Shown here piece after piece: positions 53,995 to 61,410 of a stretch of 64,000 bases of DNA (position 1 is the stretch's first letter; each line of letters starts with the position of its first letter). The position numbers and the translations under genes are program-made. Source of the DNA: a virus. Taxonomy: Duplodnaviria; Heunggongvirae; Uroviricota; Caudoviricetes. A model generated the notes under the pieces. It was given only the letters and a program-made list of their open reading frames with translations. It searched no databases and had not been told where the DNA came from. The DNA is taken from IMG/VR virus record IMGVR_UViG_3300036768_001066; one strand, given 5' to 3'.

Positions 53995-54357
53995 TTAGTA
54001 AGTATTAGCGGGTTTGTCTGTTATGATTATCCGCAACATCTTGTACTCCCTAATATAGCCGCTCTCGTCAACATGTCCCTCGCCAGATGCTACAAATTTG
54101 AAACCGTTTCCGATCTTCTCCTTTGCGAAGTCGAGGTGCGCGCCGCCGCCGAGTGTTATCTCCGCCTCGACGGTCTCCGCCCCGTTCTTGGTCAGCACCG
54201 CGGTACCAACCTGCTCTAATAAGGGCATGCCCATGTTGTTAGGCTTGGATATTACTACCGGGACCTGTGAAGGCATCTGGAAGTCGTTTGCGTCGTACAC
54301 CTTGCCGTTGGCGTTAGGTTTTCCGAAGTGCAGTATTGTTTCTTTGATCTTCTCCAT
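53995..54357 (-). CDS. Hypothetical protein (120 aa)
   Basis: ORF track. Confidence 0.45.
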   Translation of the reverse strand: MEKIKETILHFGKPNANGKVYDANDFQMPSQVPVVISKPNNMGMPLLEQVGTAVLTKNGAETVEAEITLGGGAHLDFAKEKIGNGFKFVASGEGHVDESGYIREYKMLRIIITDKPANTY

Positions 54358-54370
54358 TTGTATTGTTGTT

Positions 54371-55477
54371 TTATATTGCTACGTCAGCCTTGATTGACGG
54401 ATGCGCCTTGTAGTTCTCGAACGTAATGTCCTCGAACTTGAAGTCGTATATCGACTTGACATCCGGGTTGAGTTTTATCTTCGGAAGGTCGTAAGGTTCC
54501 CTCGTCAACTGTTCATTAACCTGCTCAAGATGGTTGAGGTAGATGTGAGTGTCTCCAGAGGTAACCAACAGCTCATCCGCTACCATACCGGACACTTGCG
54601 CTATCATCTCAAGGAGTATCCCGTAGGATGCGATGTCGAACGGCATCCCGAGGAAACAGTCCACGCTGCGCATCTGGAACATTAGGGATACAGCACGCTT
54701 TGGTAATCCGACCTCGTCAAATGTTTTATGGTTCCATTCATCATGTTGATCCGGAAGTTGGTTGCGCTCGCGTCCTATTGATTCTCTCTCGTCTTTGCTC
54801 AGCTCCCTCGTCCACAACTGGAACGCCCAGTGGCACGGCGGCAATTTCATCTCCGGCACTTGCGACACGTTCCACGCACTCACCATAATCCTGCGTGAGT
54901 CTGGATTTGCCGCCAGATCCTTGAGCATGAGGTCGATCTGATTGACGGTTATGTGCTTGTTGTTCTTGCCCATGGTGCCTTCCCACGACACCCACTGCTT
55001 ACCGTAAACTGGGCCAAGGTCTCCCCACTTATCCGCGAATTCGTTGTCCTCACGAACCTTTAGGACGAACTCGGAAAGCGTGAGCGGTGGATGGTTGGAA
55101 AGCATCCTCTTTAAATTATCAACCTCCTCAGCGGAGCTTGTCGTGTCCGCGTTACGAGTAGCCTCGTCGAGCTTCGACTTAAGCTTGTCGTGCGCCTTCA
55201 TATAAGCCTGCCAGGGCCATTCGTTCCATATACCGACACCATTGTCGACGAGGTACTTTATATTGTCACCACCTTTCAAAAACCACAAAAGCTCATGCAC
55301 TATAGCCTTGGTGAAGAGCTTCTTGGTAGTGAGCAAAGGGAAACCCTCGCGCATATCGAAGCGCATCTGGTACCCGAACATGCTCATCGTGCCCACGCCG
55401 GTGCGGTCTGCCTTCTTGCGGCCTTTCTTGAGGACTGTTCTCAACAGGTCAAGATATTGTCTGTCTACGTTATTCAT
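54371..55477 (-). CDS. thyA: Thymidylate synthase (ThyA family) with two insertions
   Basis: RTGVGTMSMFGYQMRFDM..GFPLLTTKK, DLGPVYGKQW, NPDSRRIMVSAWN, LPPCH, DCFLGMPFDIASYGILLEMIAQ, SGDTHIYLNH. Confidence 0.8.
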   Translation of the reverse strand: MNNVDRQYLDLLRTVLKKGRKKADRTGVGTMSMFGYQMRFDMREGFPLLTTKKLFTKAIVHELLWFLKGGDNIKYLVDNGVGIWNEWPWQAYMKAHDKLKSKLDEATRNADTTSSAEEVDNLKRMLSNHPPLTLSEFVLKVREDNEFADKWGDLGPVYGKQWVSWEGTMGKNNKHITVNQIDLMLKDLAANPDSRRIMVSAWNVSQVPEMKLPPCHWAFQLWTRELSKDERESIGRERNQLPDQHDEWNHKTFDEVGLPKRAVSLMFQMRSVDCFLGMPFDIASYGILLEMIAQVSGMVADELLVTSGDTHIYLNHLEQVNEQLTREPYDLPKIKLNPDVKSIYDFKFEDITFENYKAHPSIKADVAI

Positions 55478-56222
55478 TGTTATTTTCTATCTCCTCGGTT
55501 GTTTTTGTTTCGCCTTCCTCGTCCCCCCTTTCCTTCAACACCTTCTTGTCGAACTTGTACGCAAGGTGCTTGTAAAGGTCCTGCTCGCCGGTCCACCAGT
55601 ACTTGCGTATGAGTTCGGACAGGTCGTTGTGATCGAACACGATGAACTGCAGCATGTTCCTGTAGTTCCCGTTAGGCTTGGTGAGCTCCTCCCACTTCTG
55701 ATCGCGCTTCTTGAATTCCTCGTACGGTATGTCGTCAGGCGGGTCGGTCTGGTTCTGGTAGTGGAAGTCCTCCAGTTCCGGGCATGCCTCCAGCACGGCG
55801 TTCATCATCTTCCGGTTGAACCCACACCAATTGACGAAGAACTTTATGTACCAGTGTTCCTCGTCAGGCCACAGGGACATCGAGAACTCTATGGCCATCA
55901 GGTTCTGCTGGTGGCTCATGGCCGCTTCCTTGCAGCAGTGCTCGAGCCAGAACAATGAGGTGAACCCAAACTTGTTCTCTTCGTTCTCCTTTAGTATATC
56001 CTTCGCCCTGTAGTCGCTGGAACCGGACTCCACCTCCTGCGCCGCCTTGGCGACAGACAGTGCGTGTAGCAGGTACAAATAATCATGGTCCTTGGCGAGC
56101 GCTTCGGTGCTCGCGCTTTTCATCCTGTTTAGCAGATCTCGCAGGTCCACCGACTTCGGCACCCTGTATGCGTCGTAAATTTTTGTGCTCATTTCCCTGT
56201 TTTGACGTTGGACTTCTTCCAC
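55470..56222 (-). CDS. Hypothetical protein (250 aa, acidic C-terminus)
   Basis: ORF track. Confidence 0.5.
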   Translation of the reverse strand: MEEVQRQNREMSTKIYDAYRVPKSVDLRDLLNRMKSASTEALAKDHDYLYLLHALSVAKAAQEVESGSSDYRAKDILKENEENKFGFTSLFWLEHCCKEAAMSHQQNLMAIEFSMSLWPDEEHWYIKFFVNWCGFNRKMMNAVLEACPELEDFHYQNQTDPPDDIPYEEFKKRDQKWEELTKPNGNYRNMLQFIVFDHNDLSELIRKYWWTGEQDLYKHLAYKFDKKVLKERGDEEGETKTTEEIENNNE

Positions 56223-56463
56223 CCGGACTTCTTCAGTTCCTTCATAACCAGGCTCGTCAGCACCCTTAGTGATGTCTTCTTGCTCTTTATGGTGATATAT
56301 TCGATGCCGTTGTCGTTCAGGAACTTCTTCACCCTCTGTGGTGCTGCTTGTCGAAGACGTCGGCGTTGACTCCCTTCCACTTCAGCTCCCAGTAAAGGCC
56401 CGCCTGGAACATCGATTTGCCGGCGCCCGGCCCTGAGAATAGGTTAACCACGATTGTCCTCAT
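56189..56463 (-). pseudogene. Small P-loop NTPase gene with apparent frameshift
   Basis: MRTIVVNLFSGPGAGKSMF... ends at an in-frame stop while ...VKKFLNDNGIEYITIKSKK... continues in another frame (ORF 56189..56380). Confidence 0.35.
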
Positions 56464-56836
56464 TATATCTTTGTTTTATTTGATTCACAAAATCCGAATC
56501 GGTCCAACACACGAACCCCTGGGACGATTCTATTTTAGTTATTAGGTCCATTGACTCCTTCTGCCCTATTTGTACGTATATCTCCAGCGTCTCGGCGCCT
56601 ACACCGCCGTCGAGCTCGTTCCACGAGTCTCGCCTGGCCTTGTTGTACGCTTCCTGTGGGTCAGTTGGTCCGTTGGCATTCATGCCGTAAGTTGAGTTCA
56701 TGAGGAACGCTCGCATCCTCTCACCGGTCATCTTGCTCACGTACGCTTGCTTTTCGTCCTCACTCATGGTGTTGCGCTTGTAGAACAACTTGCCTATGGA
56801 ACCTGGCGCAAGCTCGTAAAAATTCGAGTCAAACAT
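56444..56836 (-). CDS. Hypothetical protein (130 aa)
   Basis: ORF track. Confidence 0.45.
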   Translation of the reverse strand: MFDSNFYELAPGSIGKLFYKRNTMSEDEKQAYVSKMTGERMRAFLMNSTYGMNANGPTDPQEAYNKARRDSWNELDGGVGAETLEIYVQIGQKESMDLITKIESSQGFVCWTDSDFVNQIKQRYNEDNRG

Positions 56837-57458
56837 TGAACGAATCCTCCGTTATGTTTATAGCGTGCACACCCAAGAATTTTTTGATGCGCGCATAATC
56901 CGTCTCGCCTATCCTCTCAACAGAGCCTTCCACTACGGGCCTGAACACCACGAGATTCCTGTCGAGAAGTCCCTGTAGGATTTTACCAGGCGGCGTGTCG
57001 AGTACTTTGACGTTCGCCCACAAAATTCCGTCCTCTATAGAAAAGCTGTTAACAATGTGCGAAGCATTCTTTAGGTTGACAGGTTCGAGTCTGTTATCGT
57101 CTATGGGGTAACCAATCTGACCGATAAATCTGCCGTTCTCGCAGGCCTTGTTCAAGTCCTCCTCAAAATACTCGTCGACCGACTTGCGGTTCAAAATGTC
57201 GTCGAGCTCTTCCATAAACTGGTCATAGCGCATCTCCATCTGCTCGCGCGCGCCGTCGGACGGCGGGTATATCAGCTCTATGCTCGTGCCCTCGTCACGA
57301 ACCGGCAGGACGAACCACTTCTCGAAGTACTGGTCGTCGGGCTTCTGTTTGCTGCTAATCATCTGGTTCACGGCGGCCGCACATTCTCTCGCCTGCTGCT
57401 CACTGGCATTGCCAACATCAATCTTGAACATGAAATATAGGGTGTCTTTCTTCTCCAT
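56829..57458 (-). CDS. Hypothetical protein (209 aa); position downstream of portal suggests a head-morphogenesis role
   Basis: ORF track; synteny only. Confidence 0.4.
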   Translation of the reverse strand: MEKKDTLYFMFKIDVGNASEQQARECAAAVNQMISSKQKPDDQYFEKWFVLPVRDEGTSIELIYPPSDGAREQMEMRYDQFMEELDDILNRKSVDEYFEEDLNKACENGRFIGQIGYPIDDNRLEPVNLKNASHIVNSFSIEDGILWANVKVLDTPPGKILQGLLDRNLVVFRPVVEGSVERIGETDYARIKKFLGVHAINITEDSFNV

Positions 57459-57517
57459 AACCTTTTTATATTCCGGATGCGCCTATGTTCCTACTCACGG
57501 GAAATAAGAAGGCCCTC

Positions 57518-57838
57518 TTATTTGGAGGGCCTTGCTATTGTCGGTGTTTCGAGTATCTTTATCAGATTCTGCATGAATTCGAGGAGTTTATCACCGAGGA
57601 CGGTGCCTTGGTACTGCTCGTCGGGTGTGTCTACCTTTATGTGCAGCTTGGACTTGCTGCTTATGGTAACGTGAAGGTCCGTTCCTTCTATGACGAACCC
57701 GTCGTCGTCGAGCGACACTATGGTGACCTTGCATGCTCTGTCCTCTTCTTTTATGTCTTCGATTTTTATGATCTCCGGCTGACATTCGCCCCGTTGTACG
57801 AGTGCGGTTCCGTCATTGAATCGCTTTATTATTTTCAT
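57518..57838 (-). CDS. Hypothetical protein (106 aa)
   Basis: ORF track. Confidence 0.4.
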   Translation of the reverse strand: MKIIKRFNDGTALVQRGECQPEIIKIEDIKEEDRACKVTIVSLDDDGFVIEGTDLHVTISSKSKLHIKVDTPDEQYQGTVLGDKLLEFMQNLIKILETPTIARPSK

Positions 57839-58050
57839 CTATTGTCCGTTACTTTGTTAGCGTTTATCTTGCCGGTGAACTCCCCGTTTATTATCACCTT
57901 ATCGGCGTTTATCGATCCGGCAAATTGTCCCTCGACTATCACTTTAGAATCACAGAACAGGTTGCCATCACCGGATATGGAGACGTACTCGGTGTCCTGC
58001 CTAAAATCGGCAACGGCATTCTCGTCAACGTACAGAACTCCGCCCCTCAC
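57835..58050 (-). CDS. Hypothetical protein (71 aa)
   Basis: ORF track. Confidence 0.4.
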   Translation of the reverse strand: MRGGVLYVDENAVADFRQDTEYVSISGDGNLFCDSKVIVEGQFAGSINADKVIINGEFTGKINANKVTDNR

Positions 58051-58127
58051 TTCGAACTTGTCACCGGTGTATTCTATACCGTTGAATGAATGCGTATTTT
58101 TACATTTAGATTAGATTATGTTCCGGA

Positions 58128-59735
58128 TTATAGGCTGAATCCCCCTCCGCCACCGCCTTCTTCTTTCTCACCACCGCCTTCTTCACCTTCTTTACCACCG
58201 CCAGGCGCATTGCCAGCGTCCTTGTCTTCCTTCCAGTATCTCTCGTTCAGGTCAAGGTCGGCCTGAGGCAAGAACATGTAGCGCTCGATCAAGAACTTCG
58301 GATGGAAGTATGACGTCTCTTCTCCGCCCCTTATTGTCTGTATCTCCTTCATCGCACCAAGGAACTCGGCGGTCTTAGTGAGCACGTCCATCTCGCGCTG
58401 GCGTTCGAACACGTTGTCCTTGTTGAACCTTATGCCTATCTGCGACTTGAATATCTCGTCGTCCTCGAGCTCAGGGAAGTCCTTCACCATCTGCAGGTAC
58501 AGCGGCTTAACTATTATCTCCTGGAATATAGACCTGAGCCTGTTCACGAATTTCGCGAAGCGGACCTCCTCACGGTCCATGCCCTCCGAACCTATAACGA
58601 ACTGACCCCCGCCGTTTGCGCGGTCGAAACGAGCGAACGGAACTTTGGAGTCAAGCTTTAATTTGTTGTAGAAGTAATCGAGCTGCGCAGTGTCGGATAG
58701 TTCCGGACCGGTGCCGCCAATGGTCTCAATGTCCACCTGCTCACCGTTCTTATTAGGGAACATGTAGTTCTTGTAGAAAGGTATGTTCGGCCTTCCGTTT
58801 ATGAACAGCTCACCCGAATCCTGGTCGAGCCTAACGTCCTCCTTGTATATTGTCAACAACTCTCCGAGCGATTCTTTAGCCTTCTGCGGCGACTTGGAAC
58901 CGATAGGCACAACCATCTTCATACGGAACGACGCGTTCATCACGGACCATATAACGCGGGTGTGCTCCATTATACGGAGCAAGTTGAACGAGCGTATAAG
59001 TCGCTCCACGTACGATACCCTCGATATTGAGTTGCCCTTGGCGTACGCGATGTATATGACCTGCGAGTCGTACAGTTTGCGCTTGAGGTGTATGTCGTTC
59101 TCGTTCTGGTACCACACGTTCTTGAACGTGCCGTCCGGTTGCTTCTCGACGCCAGGGCGCAGCGTGATGGCATCGAGCTCTTTAAAACCTATTATCTTTT
59201 CCGCATTGTCGTCCCATATTATCTCGAATGCGAGGAACCCGTCGACCATCAGCTGGTAGAAGTACTGCCAGGCCGTGATGTCGTCGTTGAAGTGGAAGTA
59301 CGTGTACAGCTTCTTGAAATTCTCTTCGTACGCCTCCTTCACCTCGTCGTTGACGTCGAGAGAGAGCGGTGTCGTATAGCAGAAAAACTGACGCTCGTCC
59401 TGCACAACAGCCTCGTCGGTTATAGTATCGAGTATCCACTGGATCTCTCCGTTCATGGAGAACTTGCGCAAGAACTCCCTGCGCGCGGCGTAGTCCTTAT
59501 CAAAGAACGCCACGTACTTCTTTGCGCCAACGTCGGCCATCGATAACGAATACATGAGCGCCTCGTCGCCGAGAACACCCTGCTTAAGGAACTTGCCCTC
59601 GGTTGCGCCGATGGCCATGGAGTTCTTTATGACCTTGTCGTCATAGCGAATACCAAGGTTCGCGAGATTTTTGACCCTCGCCTGTATGTTTGATATTAGT
59701 GACCCTCCTGAGATCCTGTCCAAAAATCCTGCCAT
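58128..59735 (-). CDS. Portal protein (T4 gp20-like)
   Basis: EEVRFAKFVNRLRSIFQEIIVKPL and QIGIRFNKDNVFER parallel T4 gp20 [23 protein letters not shown] and NIKIEFHRDSYFAE; Gly-rich acidic C-terminus. Confidence 0.8.
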   Translation of the reverse strand: MAGFLDRISGGSLISNIQARVKNLANLGIRYDDKVIKNSMAIGATEGKFLKQGVLGDEALMYSLSMADVGAKKYVAFFDKDYAARREFLRKFSMNGEIQWILDTITDEAVVQDERQFFCYTTPLSLDVNDEVKEAYEENFKKLYTYFHFNDDITAWQYFYQLMVDGFLAFEIIWDDNAEKIIGFKELDAITLRPGVEKQPDGTFKNVWYQNENDIHLKRKLYDSQVIYIAYAKGNSISRVSYVERLIRSFNLLRIMEHTRVIWSVMNASFRMKMVVPIGSKSPQKAKESLGELLTIYKEDVRLDQDSGELFINGRPNIPFYKNYMFPNKNGEQVDIETIGGTGPELSDTAQLDYFYNKLKLDSKVPFARFDRANGGGQFVIGSEGMDREEVRFAKFVNRLRSIFQEIIVKPLYLQMVKDFPELEDDEIFKSQIGIRFNKDNVFERQREMDVLTKTAEFLGAMKEIQTIRGGEETSYFHPKFLIERYMFLPQADLDLNERYWKEDKDAGNAPGGGKEGEEGGGEKEEGGGGGGFSL

Positions 59736-59737
59736 TG

Positions 59738-60388
59738 TTAGTTATCGTTTAGGTTGTCCACCTGCGGGTTTGCCATCCTTTTTATATATTCAGACCAGAT
59801 GTCTTTGATTTGCTTGCCACGGATTGCCTTAGTGTAAACGGCGCACATGGCGGTCCAGTCCGCATAATCAATTATCTCAAGCTTCTGCATGCTCTTTCTG
59901 TCGAAGACCTGGTAGCCCATCTCCCAGCCCGTCCCGACCAGTATCTTCTTGGCTATGGCATAGTTTATCTTCATAGGCTTCTTCCCAGCCTTGCCGTTGT
60001 CCAGGTTGTTCCAGTTCTGCTCTATGGTCGACGCGTAGAACTTGTGGATGCGGTCGAGTATCATCAGTCTCGGCTTGAACGGTATGACGTTGAAGTTTAT
60101 ACCCGACTCGAACTCCTTGCCGCCTCGCGTAACCTTGCCCATGCTGAACAGAACCGGTCTGTGGTCCACGTACTGCGTATTCTCGTTTATCTTCTCCCTA
60201 CTCATGTACGCAAACGTGTACATCTTCCCGGTTATCAGATCCTTGTCGGACACCTTCTCCTGCGGTTGCTCATCCTTCTTCTTTACGTACTTAGACAACC
60301 ACAAGGAATACGAATTCTTAACGGACAAGTCGAACGAGCGGTTCTCCGTTATGTAGTCCTTGAATTGCTGCGACGGTTTCTTCTCCAT
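59738..60388 (-). CDS. Hypothetical protein (216 aa)
   Basis: ORF track. Confidence 0.5.
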   Translation of the reverse strand: MEKKPSQQFKDYITENRSFDLSVKNSYSLWLSKYVKKKDEQPQEKVSDKDLITGKMYTFAYMSREKINENTQYVDHRPVLFSMGKVTRGGKEFESGINFNVIPFKPRLMILDRIHKFYASTIEQNWNNLDNGKAGKKPMKINYAIAKKILVGTGWEMGYQVFDRKSMQKLEIIDYADWTAMCAVYTKAIRGKQIKDIWSEYIKRMANPQVDNLNDN

Positions 60389-60404
60389 TGTCCTTTATAC
60401 GTGG

Positions 60405-60914
60405 TTAAAACAAAAAGTTCTCGTCGGCTATCTTGAATAGCATGCCGCGAGATGCCGCGTACTGCTTAGCCGCAGCCCATTTTGCCTGATTTATGAGATA
60501 AGTCTTTAGCTCTTGATTATAGCGCGATAGGCGCTTAGCCGTGCAGTTCTCGTTCAGCTTGGACGGGTCAGGCGGGTACTTCTGCTTCTCCGGTTTGACC
60601 TCGACAAGGTACGCCTGCTGCTTGCCATCTTTCTCGGCAACCATGTAGAAGTCGATGTAGTAGTTATTTATAACTTGTGTTTTTTTCTCAGCACTTCGTA
60701 CGGGATTTATGTATGGGATTGGTACCGGCTCACTTCCCCATTTAACTATTTTAGGATGTATATCACACCATTGCATGAATCTATACTCCCACGATGATCT
60801 GAATATCACTTTGTTAGGGTCCCCTACATATTTCTGGGGATTTTTTAATTGGAAATATCCTTGCTTATACTTACCGTTAGGACCCTGGTTTGGCTTTAAA
60901 TTTTTTATACTCAT
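60405..60914 (-). CDS. Hypothetical protein (169 aa), possible PD-(D/E)xK-like motif
   Basis: IDFYMVAEKDGKQQAYLVEVKPEK (D...E-V-K). Confidence 0.4.
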   Translation of the reverse strand: MSIKNLKPNQGPNGKYKQGYFQLKNPQKYVGDPNKVIFRSSWEYRFMQWCDIHPKIVKWGSEPVPIPYINPVRSAEKKTQVINNYYIDFYMVAEKDGKQQAYLVEVKPEKQKYPPDPSKLNENCTAKRLSRYNQELKTYLINQAKWAAAKQYAASRGMLFKIADENFLF

Positions 60915-61001
60915 AACAGCAGCCCGTTTATTTAAATTTCAATTTCCCAATAATAATAATGAAGGGCCTTCGTCAGGCCCCTCAAGTTTGTTTGTTCGTG
61001 C

Positions 61002-61352
61002 TTAGCAGAAGTTGTTGTGAACATTGTCCTGCGAGAGCGAAAGCATATTATCAAATCCCTCGGGGTGTAGCTTCTTCCATACCTTGCCGTACCCATTCTT
61101 CGCAATCTGCGTATAGAACGCGAAAGGGTTGTTTGACTTTGCCGGATCGAACCTGTCCCAGTACTTCAGAAGGTCCTCGATGGCCGAGGAGATGCAATCC
61201 TCCTTGTCGAGCGGGTTTTTGTACCTCAGCTTCTTGTTGCTCTCATTCGCGATTTTCATCAACATCTCGAACGCACGTGGTGTTAGCTTCTTCTGCTCCT
61301 TCGACACTATTATCTCCTCGAGCAGGTCGCTATTCTTTACATAAATTGCCAT
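61002..61352 (-). CDS. Hypothetical protein (116 aa)
   Basis: ORF track. Confidence 0.45.
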   Translation of the reverse strand: MAIYVKNSDLLEEIIVSKEQKKLTPRAFEMLMKIANESNKKLRYKNPLDKEDCISSAIEDLLKYWDRFDPAKSNNPFAFYTQIAKNGYGKVWKKLHPEGFDNMLSLSQDNVHNNFC

Positions 61353-61380
61353 GTACGGGAAACTTGTTTTTTTTTAAAAA

Positions 61381-61405
61381 GGAACGGGGCACTAAGTCCC
61401 CGTTC
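61381..61405. terminator. Hairpin terminator between convergent/tandem genes
   Basis: GGAACGGGG-CACTAAGT-CCCCGTTC flanked by T9 and A5 runs. Confidence 0.45.
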
Positions 61406-61410
61406 AGTCT

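Noticed and set aside
56829-57458. Calling 56829..57458 a prohead protease and 55470..56222 a scaffold
   Set aside because: The call rests only on size and position after the portal. No catalytic motifs were recognised, so they are left as hypothetical.
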